Shown here piece after piece: positions 13,946-25,238 of a stretch of 32,000 nt of DNA. Made by a program: the position numbers and the translations under genes. A model generated the notes under the pieces. That model searched no databases. It was not told the DNA's origin and saw only the letters and a list, made by a program, of their open reading frames with translations. Numbering within the stretch: the first letter of the stretch is position 1; the number at the start of each line of letters is the position of its first letter. Source of the DNA: Trichlorobacter lovleyi SZ (lineage in GTDB: Bacteria; Desulfobacterota; Desulfuromonadia; Geobacterales; Pseudopelobacteraceae). The DNA lies in contig NC_010814.1 in NCBI RefSeq assembly GCF_000020385.1, forward strand, positions 2,760,001-2,792,000, read 5' to 3'.

Positions 13946-15025
13946 TTACTGTTGCTTGACCGTCATGGAAAGCCAGATGCCGGTTAGGACAAAGATCAGG
14001 TTTGCCCCCCAGGCAGCAACAAAGGGGGGCAGTACCCCGCTACGGCCATAGGACTGAACAGCAGCATTGATGATGAAGTAGGCAAAACCGATAGCAACAC
14101 CAGCCCCGACTCCCATGGCAACACCACTGGTACGACCGGTTTTGAGGGCAAAGGGAATCCCCAGTACCACCATCACAAAGGCGCCGAACGGTAGAGCCAG
14201 CTTGGCATGCATCATGGTGCGGTAGCGCCCGGCAGGGTAGCCCCCTTTTTCAAGGCTGACCGCATACTCCCGCAGCTTACGGAAGCTGAAGTTGTCGGCG
14301 TTGTTGTCCAGAATCCGCAGATCATCCACCTTGAGGGTAAGCGGCACGCTCAGCCGTGCCGATGCCACCACCCCGCCCTGCCCGGCAAAGCTGCGGGTAC
14401 GGACCTGCAGCAGTTCCCACCCGCCGCTGCCATATAGCGCCTGTTCGGCATCCATGCGTCTGACCGGCTGCATGTCGGCCGAGAGTTCCCAGACAGTCAC
14501 CCCTTTCAGGGTGCGGGTGAGCGGCTCAAATACCTTGGCCTGCAGGATCAGGTTGTTGGAACGGAACCAGATGTTGTTGAGCCGGAAGAAGGTGTTGACG
14601 CTCTGCTTCTTGATGACCACTTTTTCAATATGCTCCATCTGCTGGTAGCTTTTGGGCACCACGAATTCAGAGTTGACCAGCAGTACCAGGCTGCCGAGCA
14701 GCCCCAGCATCAGGATCGGCAGGACAATGCGGGGGATACTGAGGCCGCAGCTGCGCAGGGCGGTCAGTTCACTGCTGCGGGAGAGCATCCCCAGGGCCAG
14801 CAGGGTGGCCATCAGCACGGCAAACGGCATGGTCTGGCCCAGCATCTCGGGGATCTTGAACAGGAAGAACTGCAGGATGGCGCTCAGGGAGGCGCCGGCC
14901 TTGCTGAAGCGGCCCAGTTTCTCCATGAAGTCCAGGATCAGGTAGACCGCCAGAAAACCGCCCTGACAGAGCAGGAAGAGCCGCAGCCAGGTACCTGCCA
15001 GATAGCGTCCGACAATACCAAACAT
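13946..15025 (-). CDS. lptG: LPS export ABC transporter permease LptG (YjgP/YjgQ family)
   Basis: 359 aa. Layout is MFGIVGRYLAGTWLRLFLLC..., three TM helices, a periplasmic beta-jellyroll region and three more TM helices. Its start overlaps the lptF stop (ATGA at 15023-15027). Confidence 0.85.
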   Translation of the reverse strand: MFGIVGRYLAGTWLRLFLLCQGGFLAVYLILDFMEKLGRFSKAGASLSAILQFFLFKIPEMLGQTMPFAVLMATLLALGMLSRSSELTALRSCGLSIPRIVLPILMLGLLGSLVLLVNSEFVVPKSYQQMEHIEKVVIKKQSVNTFFRLNNIWFRSNNLILQAKVFEPLTRTLKGVTVWELSADMQPVRRMDAEQALYGSGGWELLQVRTRSFAGQGGVVASARLSVPLTLKVDDLRILDNNADNFSFRKLREYAVSLEKGGYPAGRYRTMMHAKLALPFGAFVMVVLGIPFALKTGRTSGVAMGVGAGVAIGFAYFIINAAVQSYGRSGVLPPFVAAWGANLIFVLTGIWLSMTVKQQ

Positions 15026-16164
15026 CAGGCAGCCCTCCCGGATCTGAAGAGGCGGCCCAGGGCCGCTTTGAGCGTCATTTCCTGTGAGGCCAGCCGCAGC
15101 AGCAGCAGTCCGATGGCCAGGAAGAGCAGGTTGGGCAGCCAGACCGCTAGGGCCGGCGGGATGCCCCCCTTTTCGGCCAGGGTACGCAGAAATGAGAGCA
15201 GGACATAGTAGACCAGCAGGATCAGGATGCTGATGGTAAAGCCGGAACCTTTGCCGGAACGGCGGTTGGAAAGCCCCAGCGGCAGGGCCAGAATGGCAAA
15301 GACAAAGGTGGCGCAGGGAAAGGCAAAGCGGCTGTGCAGTTCAGTGGCCATCTTGAGCCGGGCCTGGGGCGCCAGCTGCGGCGAACGGCTCCCGCGCTGC
15401 AGCTCACCGATCCCGAGGTCCAGCTCCGTTCTGACCGGCGGCGTGCTGCGCCCGGATTCGGCAGTCAGCAGGTATTCGCCAAAGGAGACCAGGCGGTAAT
15501 CGTTCTTGTGCTGGGTGTGGATGCTGCCGTTTTTGAGCAGGATCCGCAGCACGCCGTTGACCTCATCGGAGGAGACCAGACCGCTCTTGGCGAAGATGGT
15601 CAAGGGGCGTTCAGGATCGCGGCTGTCCTGGATCATGACCCGCTGCATGGTACGCCGGGCCTCATCGTACTGATCCACATAGAGCACTATGCCGGGCAGG
15701 TCGTCGCGGAAGATCCGCTCACGAATGGCCGAGGCGGCGTATTTGCGGGCCACATCCATGGTCATCTGTTTGAAACCGGTATTGCCCCAGGGTACCGCCA
15801 CCACGCTGATAAAGAGGGTCAGCAGCGCAGCAGCAGCGGCTGTCAGCAGGACCGGCGGCAGCAGGGTGCCAAGACTGAGACCGCAGGCCTTCAGGACCGT
15901 AATCTCATTATCATTGGAGAGCCGGCCAAAGGCCAGCAGGACCGCCAGCAGGAAGGCCATCGGAATGGTCAGGACCAGAAAGGAGGGTAACAACAGGAGA
16001 ATCAGGCGCAGGACTTCGGCAAGGGGGACCCCGTTTGCCACCACCATCTCCATCAGCTTGACCATCCGCCCCATCAGCAGCACCAGCGTAAAGATGGTCA
16101 GACCAAGTGCGAAGATGCCGACGATTTCGCGCATCAGATAGCGGTTGATAATGCGATGGTTCAT
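15025..16164 (-). CDS. lptF: LPS export ABC transporter permease LptF (YjgP/YjgQ family)
   Basis: MNHRIINRYLMREIVGIFALGLTIFTLVLLMGR... is the typical LptF N-terminus. ATG at 16164 is preferred over the TTG at 16191 used by the track. Confidence 0.85.
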   Translation of the reverse strand: MNHRIINRYLMREIVGIFALGLTIFTLVLLMGRMVKLMEMVVANGVPLAEVLRLILLLLPSFLVLTIPMAFLLAVLLAFGRLSNDNEITVLKACGLSLGTLLPPVLLTAAAAALLTLFISVVAVPWGNTGFKQMTMDVARKYAASAIRERIFRDDLPGIVLYVDQYDEARRTMQRVMIQDSRDPERPLTIFAKSGLVSSDEVNGVLRILLKNGSIHTQHKNDYRLVSFGEYLLTAESGRSTPPVRTELDLGIGELQRGSRSPQLAPQARLKMATELHSRFAFPCATFVFAILALPLGLSNRRSGKGSGFTISILILLVYYVLLSFLRTLAEKGGIPPALAVWLPNLLFLAIGLLLLRLASQEMTLKAALGRLFRSGRAA

Positions 16165-16215
16165 GGCCGGCCATACTACATGATGTGGCAAGGGGTGTAA
16201 AGCTGCGGAGAGATG

Positions 16216-18321
16216 TTAGAGCTGAATGCGGAACTCGGCCCCGGTAGCCGTATTGGAGACGGTCAACTGCCCCCCCATGTTCTTTTCGATAATCATCTTT
16301 GCCATATACAGGCCCAGCCCGGTCCCTTGGGTCTTGGGCTTGGTGGTAAAATAGGGATCAAAAATCCGGTCGATGATCTCAGCCGGTATGCCTCCGGCAT
16401 TATCGCTGATCGTGATCAGCGCATGGCCATCACGGCGCCGGGCATGGATCTCTACGCAGGGATGTGCCACCTGGCGCTGGACACAGGCATCTTTGGCATT
16501 ATTCAGGATGTTCAGCACGGCCTGGGCAAACTCCCGCGGGAAACCATCCACGCTGCCGGCAGCTTCGTCCCGGATGATGATCTGGACCCCGCAGCTGTCA
16601 AAACTGGCCTTTAAAAGCGAGACGGCACTCCGGACGGCCCCCATGAGGTCAAACGATTGCGGTTCCCGCTCCGGCATAAAGAAGTTTCTGAAGTCGTCGA
16701 TGGTCTTCGACATGTACATGATCATTTCCATGCCGGTGGCAACATGCTGGTCCAGCGTCTCCTGATCCAGTTCCTGCAGGTCATGATCAAACCTGATGCT
16801 CTGCAGCATGATGCCGAGGTTGTTCAACGGCTGGCGCCACTGGTGGGCAATACTTGAGATCATCTCCCCCATTGCCGCCAGGCGTCCCTGGTGGATCATG
16901 ATCCGGTTCTTTTCGATATTCTCGGCCACTTCAGCCGCAATCCGCTCGTTGAGGGTTGCATTGATGGCCTCCAGCTCCCGCTTGCTCCCGGCCAGTGATT
17001 CCTGGGCCTCCTGCCGCTCGGCAACCTCCTGTTCCAGCAGGACCGCCTGCTGGTGCAGTTCCTCTTCAATCCGCCGGCGTTCCTCCACCATCTGGTTCGC
17101 TGAACAGGCGATGCTCTGCAGCTCTTCAAACGGCAGGGATTCAGGGGCCAGGTAGGCGGAACCGGTTGCCGCCTGCTCGAAAAACCGGTGAAAGTGATCA
17201 AGGGCCACCTGCGTCCTGGCGGCGGCCCGCTGCGCCACCCGGAAGGCGAAGGCAACAAAGAGAGCCAGGATCAACACCAGCAACAGCACAGTCTTGACCA
17301 TCCGGGTGACCATTTCATGATGGGCCTGGCGTACCGAGCTCTCGACATCCTCAACGTAGATGCCGGCACCGACATACCACTGCCAATCCTTGACGCCTCG
17401 CACGTAGCTCATCTTGGCACCCTGGCGGACCCCGGACAGGTCAGGCATCCGGTAGGTGACGTAGCCCCCGCCGCTTTTAGCCAGCTGAATCAGTCTTTCC
17501 ACCACGGGATTGCCCTCGGCATCGGTGGTCGAGAGCATGTTTTTCCCTTTTGCAGGGCCGGCAATGGTATAGCCGTCCCACTGCCCTGCGAAGATATAGC
17601 CATCTTTCCCTAACCTGATATTTTCAAGGTACCCGGCAACGTCCGTCTTGACCTGCTGTTCGACATCGTCCAGGTACAGCCCGGTACCGATAAACCAGTT
17701 AAACGGTGCAAATTTTTTCAGGTACGAGATCTTTCTGAAGTGCTTGCCCGGCTGATCAGGCTTGGTCCAGGTATAGCGGTAGAAGCCTGCCCCCTTTGTG
17801 CGGGCAAGACGGATCATGTCACGGATGACATAACGTCCTTCCGTATCCTGCATGCGGAGCAGATTTTTCCCTTCAAGCGACGGCCGGTCGGCAAACAGCT
17901 GTTCCGTACCGTCCAGCCCGGTGGCAAAGTAGTACCCCTTACCACCGGCATAACGGATCGGGCGCAGGGCCTCCCTCACCAGATCCTGCAGTTCCTCCGG
18001 ACTTTTTTCGCCCCGGTACCTGGCAACAATATGGGTCGCAACGGCATGGGCCTCCTCCACCCGCTGCCGGATGTCGTCCTGAGCCTGCTCCTCCAGCCTG
18101 GAACGACGGTACTCAAGGTACTCAATGGCACTGTCGACCTGGCGCTTCAGCTCCTGCTTGCGCGGTTCCAGCATGTTCCGGTCCAGTTCATGACGTTCCT
18201 GTTCGAACCGGCTCCCCTCGAAATAGAGGGAAAGCAGCACAAACAGCCCGACTGCCACGGTCACAATCATGACCATGTTGACCAGCAATGTTCGGGGCAG
18301 TGTCGTAACCTTGCGATCCAT
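16216..18321 (-). CDS. Sensor histidine kinase with tandem periplasmic Cache-type domains
   Basis: N-terminal TM helix, then two repeats of the G(K)GYYFA...G.N......G / W(Y/F)(I/V)G.G.Y..DVE Cache pattern, then a second TM helix and a coiled coil. H-box ISSIAHQWRQPLNNL. HATPase_c blocks ILNNAKDA, ISDNAGGIP and TQGTGLGLYMAK. Confidence 0.9.
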   Translation of the reverse strand: MDRKVTTLPRTLLVNMVMIVTVAVGLFVLLSLYFEGSRFEQERHELDRNMLEPRKQELKRQVDSAIEYLEYRRSRLEEQAQDDIRQRVEEAHAVATHIVARYRGEKSPEELQDLVREALRPIRYAGGKGYYFATGLDGTEQLFADRPSLEGKNLLRMQDTEGRYVIRDMIRLARTKGAGFYRYTWTKPDQPGKHFRKISYLKKFAPFNWFIGTGLYLDDVEQQVKTDVAGYLENIRLGKDGYIFAGQWDGYTIAGPAKGKNMLSTTDAEGNPVVERLIQLAKSGGGYVTYRMPDLSGVRQGAKMSYVRGVKDWQWYVGAGIYVEDVESSVRQAHHEMVTRMVKTVLLLVLILALFVAFAFRVAQRAAARTQVALDHFHRFFEQAATGSAYLAPESLPFEELQSIACSANQMVEERRRIEEELHQQAVLLEQEVAERQEAQESLAGSKRELEAINATLNERIAAEVAENIEKNRIMIHQGRLAAMGEMISSIAHQWRQPLNNLGIMLQSIRFDHDLQELDQETLDQHVATGMEMIMYMSKTIDDFRNFFMPEREPQSFDLMGAVRSAVSLLKASFDSCGVQIIIRDEAAGSVDGFPREFAQAVLNILNNAKDACVQRQVAHPCVEIHARRRDGHALITISDNAGGIPAEIIDRIFDPYFTTKPKTQGTGLGLYMAKMIIEKNMGGQLTVSNTATGAEFRIQL

Positions 18322-18329
18322 AAAAACCT

Positions 18330-18367
18330 TACAAAAACACCTGCCGTTCCATGGGATCGGCAGGTGT
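18330..18367 (-). terminator. Rho-independent terminator after the desulfoferrodoxin gene
   Basis: On the minus strand: ACACCTGCCG-11 nt loop-CGGCAGGTGT followed by TTTTTGT. The stem occupies 18337-18346 and 18358-18367. Confidence 0.7.
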
Positions 18368-18396
18368 TTGTATCAGACTGTTCATCAGTGTTAGTG

Positions 18397-18777
18397 TTAT
18401 GCTTCGGCTTTCCACTGACCGTGCAGATTGCAGTATTCACGGGCGGTAACAGTGGTGGCGGTAACGCAGAAGGTGGCCTCAGGGGCCTGACCCGGCTCAA
18501 GGAACTGGGTATAGACCTTGCCGTCGGCAATCAGTTCAATCCATTGAATATAATGCTTCTCTTCCATCGGGTGGGCAACCTCGCCGACCTTGACGGTGAT
18601 GGTGCCGTCACCCTTAACGATGACCGGCACATGCTTTTCCTTGGCAGCATCAACGGTATTTTCGGACTGCAGCTGCATATTTTCGCCGCAGCAGACGATG
18701 TTGGCGCCGCCACCGATCAGTACTTCGATGATGTTACCGCAATGTTGACACTTGTAAACTTCAAGACGCTTAGGCAT
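18397..18777 (-). CDS. dfx: Desulfoferrodoxin (2Fe superoxide reductase)
   Basis: [20 protein letters not shown]...CCGENM carries the desulforedoxin-like CxxC...CC centre. KHVPVI...H...[10 protein letters not shown]...C.LHGQWK carries the SOR centre II. 126 aa from ATG 18777, with AGGAGG upstream. The track start 18861 is an upstream extension. Confidence 0.9.
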   Translation of the reverse strand: MPKRLEVYKCQHCGNIIEVLIGGGANIVCCGENMQLQSENTVDAAKEKHVPVIVKGDGTITVKVGEVAHPMEEKHYIQWIELIADGKVYTQFLEPGQAPEATFCVTATTVTAREYCNLHGQWKAEA

Positions 18778-18938
18778 TGGAATCTCCTCCTCATGGGTAG
18801 TCAGGCGGTTGCCCGTGTTGGTTGTATGAAGAGATACTAGCGCATTTTTTTCTGATTGCAAGCATAAAAGACAAATCTAGTCTTCTATGCCGGCAAAAAT
18901 ACGGGGGCCAACCTGCCCCCGTCTCCCAGCCATTATGG

Positions 18939-20033
18939 CTAGACGTTAAAACGGAAGTGCATTACATCACCGTCTTTCACGACATATTCCTTGCCTTCCA
19001 GCCGCATCAGTCCCTTTTCCTTGGCGCCTGATTCACCGTTACAGGCGATATAATCCTCAAAGCCGATCACCTCGGCCCGGATAAAGCCCTTTTCAAAGTC
19101 AGAGTGGATCACTCCGGCGGCCTGGGGGGCCTTGGTGCCTCTGGTGATGGTCCAGGCCCGGACCTCCTTGACACCGGCAGTGAAGTAGGTGATCAGCCCC
19201 AGCAGGTCATACCCGGCCCGGATCAGACGGTCCAGACCTGATTCCTGCAGGCCCATTTCCTGCAGAAAGGCGAGCTTTTCATCGCCATCCAGTTCAGCAA
19301 TCTCTGCCTCAATCTTGCCGCAGATCACCACCACGCCGGCACCTTCTGCAGCAGCGATCTCACGCACCTGCGCCACAAAGGGATGCTTTCCCTCCAGATC
19401 ATCTTCTGCCACGTTGGCCACGTACAGCACCGGCTTGGCAGTCAGCAGATGCAGGTCACGCAGCCAGATCCGTTCATCCTCATTTTCTGCACAGTCACGG
19501 ACCTTTTTCCCCTGCTCCAGCAGCCCCTTGATCCGCTCATAGAGGGCCACCTCTTCCTTGGCCTTCTTATCACCGCTGCGGGCCAGCTTCTCTGCACGCA
19601 GGACCTTTTTTTCAAGGGTATCCAGGTCTGAAAGTGCCAGTTCCGTATTAATGATCTCAATATCATCGGCTGGGGAGACCTTGCCGGCCACATGCACGAC
19701 ATTGTCATCATCAAAGCAGCGCACCACATGGACAACCGCATCTACGGAACGGATATGCCCCAGAAACTGGTTGCCCAGCCCTTCGCCGGCGCTTGCCCCT
19801 TTGACCAGTCCGGCAATATCAACGAATTCGATGGTGGTAAACTGACACTTCTGGGGTTTGACAATCGCGGAAAGCTGATCGATCCGGGGGTCCGGCACCT
19901 GCACGATACCGACATTGGGATCAATGGTGCAGAAAGGATAGTTAGCCGATTCAGCACCTGCCGAAGTGATGGCGTTGAAGATAGTGGACTTGCCCACGTT
20001 TGGCAGGCCGACAATGCCGCAATTGAAACCCAT
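18939..20033 (-). CDS. ychF: Redox-regulated ribosome-binding ATPase YchF (Obg-like GTPase family)
   Basis: [23 protein letters not shown]..., a TGS-like C-terminus and 364 aa. Confidence 0.95.
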   Translation of the reverse strand: MGFNCGIVGLPNVGKSTIFNAITSAGAESANYPFCTIDPNVGIVQVPDPRIDQLSAIVKPQKCQFTTIEFVDIAGLVKGASAGEGLGNQFLGHIRSVDAVVHVVRCFDDDNVVHVAGKVSPADDIEIINTELALSDLDTLEKKVLRAEKLARSGDKKAKEEVALYERIKGLLEQGKKVRDCAENEDERIWLRDLHLLTAKPVLYVANVAEDDLEGKHPFVAQVREIAAAEGAGVVVICGKIEAEIAELDGDEKLAFLQEMGLQESGLDRLIRAGYDLLGLITYFTAGVKEVRAWTITRGTKAPQAAGVIHSDFEKGFIRAEVIGFEDYIACNGESGAKEKGLMRLEGKEYVVKDGDVMHFRFNV

Positions 20034-20038
20034 AACCG

Positions 20039-20620
20039 TTATCCTTCCAGGTATGACTTGTTGTTAAAAAGGCTCATCGCCTTGGGAACCCCTTCATCAA
20101 GGGCGGTTTCCAGCATATCCAGGGCACCGTCCAGCACCCTGGCAAAGATCTCCATCTCAGGAGGCGTAAAGACGCCCAGCACATGGTTGGTCACGTCACC
20201 ATGCGGCGGCCGCCCGATGCCGAGACGCAGGCGCACAAAATCACCTTTGCCCAGCAGCTCCATGATGGAGCGCAGACCGTTCTGGCCGCCATGCCCCCCC
20301 CCCTGCTTCAGGCGGGCAGCCCCCAGCGCCAGGTCAATCTCATCATGCACCACAATCAACTGATCAGGTTTGAGCTTGTAGAACTGCAGCGCAGGCATGA
20401 CCGAACGGCCGGAGAGGTTCATAAAGGTCTGCGGCTTGAGTAGCACCAGCCGCTTCCCCTTACGTTCCCACTCGGCAGTCAGGCCACCGAACTGTTTCCG
20501 GACAATCGACAGCCCTTCCAGTTGGGCGATCCTGTCCAGAAACAGAAAACCCGCGTTGTGGCGGGTCCATTGATACTTTGAGCCGGGGTTACCCAGCCCT
20601 GCAATTACGATCGTATCCAT
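20039..20620 (-). CDS. pth: Peptidyl-tRNA hydrolase
   Basis: [25 protein letters not shown]...VVHDEIDL...G.GGHNG-like block [15 protein letters not shown] 20620 is preferred over track start 20653. Confidence 0.9.
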   Translation of the reverse strand: MDTIVIAGLGNPGSKYQWTRHNAGFLFLDRIAQLEGLSIVRKQFGGLTAEWERKGKRLVLLKPQTFMNLSGRSVMPALQFYKLKPDQLIVVHDEIDLALGAARLKQGGGHGGQNGLRSIMELLGKGDFVRLRLGIGRPPHGDVTNHVLGVFTPPEMEIFARVLDGALDMLETALDEGVPKAMSLFNNKSYLEG

Positions 20621-20683
20621 AGCGTCAGACAGAAACAGGCCGTGGAGCCCCAATGGACCGCCACGGCCTGCTCAGGCAGTGAA

Positions 20684-21268
20684 TCAGGCCTCTGCTGCAG
20701 CCTCGTCCTTGGCCTTGCCAAGCACACCGACAACCGGGGTCTTGGGGTTGTCGATACACTTCACACCGGCCGGGAAGCTGATTTCAGAAACGTGGATAGC
20801 ATGACCGATCTTGAGGTCGGCGATATTGATTTCGATATGCTCAGGAATCTGGCCGGGCAGACATTCAATATGCAGGCTGTGGTGGGCAAAATCCAGCAGA
20901 CCGCCTTCCTTGACACCGGCTGCAGTGCCGACCAGGCTGACCGGAACGTTTACCCGCACCTTTTCGCTCATGTTGACCCGGTGCAGGTCGACATGCTCAG
21001 GGGTGCGCTTGAGGGCATCGCGCTGAATCTCAGCCACGATCACGACAACCTTGTCCAGATCGCCGCCACCTTCAAGGGTGATCAGGTTGTTCAGGCCGCC
21101 TTCACCGGCAATGGCAGCATTGAGGGCCTTGGGCTCCAGGCTGATCGCCACCGGCTCCATACCACGTCCATAGACAATACCGGGAATACGTCCGGCAGCA
21201 CGCAGTTTGCGGCTGATACCTTTGCCAGTACTGCTACGGGTTTCAATCTTCATTTGGGTCTGTTGCAT
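20684..21268 (-). CDS. rplY: 50S ribosomal protein L25 / general stress protein Ctc
   Basis: [26 protein letters not shown]... with a long Ctc-type C-terminal domain. GGGAGGAAG RBS. Confidence 0.9.
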
Positions 21269-21330
21269 GGTCTTCCTCCCAACCTAAAAGCGGCCTGTCT
21301 GACCGCAAAATTTTTCCTGCTAGTTAGTAT

Positions 21331-22275
21331 TTATACAAAAAGCGAGCTTACGGATTCGTCTTCGTGGATACGGCGGATCGCCTCGCCCAGCAACGGTGCA
21401 ACCGACAGCACCTTGATCTTGGAGGTACGCTCGGCATGGGCTCCCAGAGGGATGGTGTCGGTCAGCAGCACCTCTTCGATCACGGAACCGTTGATACGAT
21501 CAATGGCCGGGCCGGACAGGACGCCGTGCGTAGCAGCCGCGTAGATAGCGGCAGCACCGTTCTGCTTCAAGGCACCGGCAGCCTGGGTCAGGGTACCGGC
21601 AGTATCAATCATGTCATCCAGGATGATGGCGATCTTGCCCTTGACATCACCGATCAGATGCATCACCTCAGCCACGTTGGGACCGGTACGGCGCTTGTCA
21701 ATCAGTGCCATCGGGCACTCAAGACGCTTTGCAAACCCGCGGGCGCGTTCGGTACCACCGGCGTCGGGAGTGACCATGACGATATCCTGGCCGGTAAAAC
21801 GCTCCTTCAGGTGATTCAGAATAACCGGCGCAGCATACAGGTTGTCCACCGGGATATTGAAGAAACCCTGAATCTGGGCGGCATGCAGGTCGATGGTGAC
21901 CACGCGGTCAACCCCTGCCGTGGTCACCAGATCAGCCACCAGTTTGGCGGAGATCGGGGTACGGGGAGCAGCCTTGCGATCCTGACGGGCATAGCCGTAA
22001 TACGGAATCACCGCCGTAATGGTGGCAGCAGAGGCCCGTTTCAGGGCGTCGGTCATCACCAGCAGTTCCATCAGGTTATTATTGGTGGGAGCACAGGTCG
22101 ACTGTACCACATAGACATCACGACCACGGACGTTCTCACAGATCTCAACCATCACCTCGCCATCAGAAAAGGTCTTGACCCTGGCATTTCCCAGCGGAAC
22201 ACCAAGCACATCACAAATCTTCTGAGCCAGATTGGGGTTTGAATTTCCAGAAAACACTCTGATCTTGTCGTACAT
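21331..22275 (-). CDS. prs: Ribose-phosphate pyrophosphokinase
   Basis: [29 protein letters not shown]...YARQDRK...DLHA.QIQGFF...[11 protein letters not shown]. Confidence 0.95.
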   Translation of the reverse strand: MYDKIRVFSGNSNPNLAQKICDVLGVPLGNARVKTFSDGEVMVEICENVRGRDVYVVQSTCAPTNNNLMELLVMTDALKRASAATITAVIPYYGYARQDRKAAPRTPISAKLVADLVTTAGVDRVVTIDLHAAQIQGFFNIPVDNLYAAPVILNHLKERFTGQDIVMVTPDAGGTERARGFAKRLECPMALIDKRRTGPNVAEVMHLIGDVKGKIAIILDDMIDTAGTLTQAAGALKQNGAAAIYAAATHGVLSGPAIDRINGSVIEEVLLTDTIPLGAHAERTSKIKVLSVAPLLGEAIRRIHEDESVSSLFV

Positions 22276-22311
22276 GGAACGTACTCTACCTTTCAGACAG
22301 AAAAATACCGT

Positions 22312-23157
22312 CTAGACCGTCTCAACCACCGCAACAAACCAGTCGTTATTGCCACGCAGCGCTTCGCCGGCCGTGCGGGCAGTTGCTTCATCATCAAACA
22401 GACCGAACACGGTCGGGCCGCTGCCGGACATCAGCGAGCAACATGCCCCCCGGGCAATCAGCTCATCCTTTATCTCGGAAATAACCGGAAATGCTGGGAT
22501 AGTTACACTTTCAAGATCATTCGACAGAACACGACAGATTGATGCAACGTCCTCAAACGAGTCGGGAATTGTAGCCAGACGCTCCCGTTGTGTCAACTGC
22601 AAATTTTTATAGACCCAGGCGGTGGAGACCGGCAGGTTGGGGTTGACCAGCACCACCCAGGCCGGAGGCAGACCGGTCAGCGGGGTTAACTTCTCACCGA
22701 TCCCCTCTGCCAGCGCGGTCTGCTGAAAGACGAAAAACGGCACATCGGCCCCCAGTTTCACCCCGATCTCCATCAGCTGCTCACAGGAAAGCCCCAGCCC
22801 CAACAGTTCATTCAGCCCCAGCAACACGGCGGCACAATCACTGCTGCCCCCTCCCAGGCCGGCAGCCACCGGTATATTCTTCTGGATAGCGATCTCAACA
22901 CCGGATGGTTGTCCTGCCAGATCCAGCAGGGCCCGGGCGGCCTTCCAGGCAATATTTCCTTCGCCGTCCGGCACCCCTTCCCGTCCGCAGCTGACCTTGA
23001 TCTCATTGCCATCAATCAGTTTTATGGAGACCTGATCGCACAGGTTGACCCGTTGCATGATCATGCGCAGCTCATGATAGCCGTCCGGACGCCGCGCAAT
23101 CACATCCAGGCGGTAGTTAACCTTGGCCGGGGCCTGCAGGATAATACTTTGAAGCAT
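22312..23157 (-). CDS. ispE: 4-diphosphocytidyl-2-C-methyl-D-erythritol kinase
   Basis: [30 protein letters not shown]...[18 protein letters not shown] (GHMP kinase motif). 282 aa from ATG 23157. The track start 23268 is a GTG extension. Confidence 0.9.
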   Translation of the reverse strand: MLQSIILQAPAKVNYRLDVIARRPDGYHELRMIMQRVNLCDQVSIKLIDGNEIKVSCGREGVPDGEGNIAWKAARALLDLAGQPSGVEIAIQKNIPVAAGLGGGSSDCAAVLLGLNELLGLGLSCEQLMEIGVKLGADVPFFVFQQTALAEGIGEKLTPLTGLPPAWVVLVNPNLPVSTAWVYKNLQLTQRERLATIPDSFEDVASICRVLSNDLESVTIPAFPVISEIKDELIARGACCSLMSGSGPTVFGLFDDEATARTAGEALRGNNDWFVAVVETV

Positions 23158-23325
23158 GGAAAGACTCCGATAAAAAATGTGTAGAAGCTCAGATTTCTTA
23201 AACCAAACCGGACTGCAAGGCAAGGGTAAAGAGACTTGCAGCTCACGCGGTTCACCGCTATACTTCACTAGTTCAACCCGCCAAAAACTGTATCACCAGT
23301 TACCTAGAAAGGAAGAAGCCGCTCC

Positions 23326-24348
23326 ATGAAGATTCGACTGCCGGCTGAATGGGAACCACAGGACGGTGTCTTGCTGGCATGGCCCCACCCCGACACTGAC
23401 TGGTCAGACCAGCTACCAGAGGTCTGCACTACCTATACCGAGCTGATCCGCCAGATCGTCCGCTTTGAAAAAGTACTGCTGGTGGCACCGGACCCTGATG
23501 CGGCACGAAACCATCTTTCCGGTGCCGGGGTGGATCTGGCCCGCGTTGCTATCTGTCCGGTTGCCACCAACGACACCTGGACCAGAGATTTTGGGCCGAT
23601 TACGGTGGAAGTGAATGACCAGCCGGTGCTGCTTGATTTCGGCTTCAACGGCTGGGGGCTGAAGTTTGCCGCCAATCTGGACAATCAGGTCACCCGGCAG
23701 CTCAAGCAACAGGGGGCACTGCTGCCCCGAACCAATATCATCGGCCTGGTGTTTGAAGGTGGCAGCATTGAGAGTAACGGCTGCGGCACGGTTATGACCA
23801 CCAGTCAATGCCTGCTCTCACCCAACCGCAACCCGCAACTGACCCGTCAGGAGCTGGAAGGGGCAATGCAGTCGCTGTTCGGTGCACAACAGGTGCTCTG
23901 GCTTGAGCATGGCCATCTGGAAGGGGATGATACTGACGCCCATATTGATACCCTGGCGCGGCTCTGCCCCAATGACACCATCGTCTATGTGGCCTGCGAC
24001 AATCCGGCCGACAGCCACTATGAGGCCCTGCAGAAGATGGAGCAGGAACTGAAGCAGCTGACCACCCCTGGAGGCTCCCCCTACCGGCTGCTGGCCCTGC
24101 CCTGGCCCGAAGCCAAATATGATGCTGCAGGCAATCGGTTGCCGGCCAGTTACGCCAACTACCTGGTGATCAACGATGCCGTACTGGTCCCCACCTACCG
24201 CGATCCGGTGGATAACGGCGCCCTGGCCATGATCGCCCTGGCCTTTCCCGGCCGGGAGATCATCGGCATTGACTGCCTGCCGTTGATTGAACAGCACGGT
24301 TCCCTGCACTGCATCACCATGCAACTGCCGGTCGGGGTGCTGCCATGA
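23326..24348 (+). CDS. aguA: Agmatine deiminase (PAD_porph family)
   Basis: MKIRLPAEWEPQDGVLLAWPH...WTRDFGP...GG.IE.NG.GT...HID...GSLHCITMQ (catalytic Cys). Confidence 0.9.
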   Translation: MKIRLPAEWEPQDGVLLAWPHPDTDWSDQLPEVCTTYTELIRQIVRFEKVLLVAPDPDAARNHLSGAGVDLARVAICPVATNDTWTRDFGPITVEVNDQPVLLDFGFNGWGLKFAANLDNQVTRQLKQQGALLPRTNIIGLVFEGGSIESNGCGTVMTTSQCLLSPNRNPQLTRQELEGAMQSLFGAQQVLWLEHGHLEGDDTDAHIDTLARLCPNDTIVYVACDNPADSHYEALQKMEQELKQLTTPGGSPYRLLALPWPEAKYDAAGNRLPASYANYLVINDAVLVPTYRDPVDNGALAMIALAFPGREIIGIDCLPLIEQHGSLHCITMQLPVGVLP

Positions 24349-25229
24349 AACGCCTCAAGGCCGCCCTGATCCAGCAAAGCTGCAGCGACAATCAGCCTGA
24401 GACCTTTGCCAAAACCGGCCGCATGGTCCGCCAGGCCGCTGAAGACGGCGCAAAACTGGTGGTGCTGCAGGAACTTCACAACGGCACCTACTTCTGCCAG
24501 ACCGAGGCAACCGAACAGTTTGACCGGGCTGAACCGATTCCCGGCCCGGCCACGGAACGGCTTGGCGCACTGGCCAAGGAACTGGGGATCGTGCTGGTCA
24601 CCTCGCTGTTTGAACGCCGCGCCCCCGGGCTGTATCACAATACCGCCGTGGTGTTTGAGCAGGACGGCTCGATTGCCGGCATCTACCGCAAGATGCATAT
24701 CCCCGATGATCCCGGTTTCTATGAAAAATTCTACTTTACCCCCGGCGATCTGGGTTTTACCCCGATCCGTACCTCGGTCGGCACCCTGGGGGTACTGGTC
24801 TGCTGGGACCAGTGGTATCCGGAGGCAGCCCGTCTGATGTCCCTGGCCGGCGCCGACCTGCTGATCTACCCTACCGCCATTGGCTGGGACCCGGCTGACA
24901 CACCGGAAGAGCAGGAACGGCAGCGGGAGGCCTGGATAACGGTCCAGCGCGGCCATGCCGTTGCCAACGGCCTGCCGGTGCTCTCGGTCAACCGGGTTGG
25001 CTTTGAAAAGTCGCCCGACCCCCATGCCACCGGAATCAGGTTCTGGGGAACCAGCTTCATTGCCGGACCACAGGGTGAACTCCTTTGCAAAGGCAGTACG
25101 GAACAGGAAGAGATACTTGCCGTAGAACTCGATCTGGAACGCAGCGAAGCGGTACGCCGCATCTGGCCGTTCCTGCGGGACCGTCGCATTGAGGCGTATG
25201 GTGATCTGACCCGGCGTTTCCGGGACTAG
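24345..25229 (+). CDS. aguB: N-carbamoylputrescine amidase (nitrilase/CN-hydrolase superfamily)
   Basis: LKAALIQQSC...VVLQELH...YRKMHIPDDPGFYEKFYFTPGD...VLVCWDQWYPE (the Glu-Lys-Cys triad context). ATGA overlap with aguA. Confidence 0.9.
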   Translation: MKRLKAALIQQSCSDNQPETFAKTGRMVRQAAEDGAKLVVLQELHNGTYFCQTEATEQFDRAEPIPGPATERLGALAKELGIVLVTSLFERRAPGLYHNTAVVFEQDGSIAGIYRKMHIPDDPGFYEKFYFTPGDLGFTPIRTSVGTLGVLVCWDQWYPEAARLMSLAGADLLIYPTAIGWDPADTPEEQERQREAWITVQRGHAVANGLPVLSVNRVGFEKSPDPHATGIRFWGTSFIAGPQGELLCKGSTEQEEILAVELDLERSEAVRRIWPFLRDRRIEAYGDLTRRFRD

Positions 25230-25238
25230 GAGCAGCAG

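Noticed and set aside
17740-18840. 366-aa + strand ORF
   Set aside because: It is antisense to the histidine kinase and desulfoferrodoxin genes, spans their intergenic terminator and has no recognisable motifs.
20642-22242. + strand ORFs 20642-21544 (300 aa) and 21364-22242 (292 aa)
   Set aside because: They are antisense to rplY/ctc and prs, which have unambiguous conserved sequences. These are shadow ORFs.
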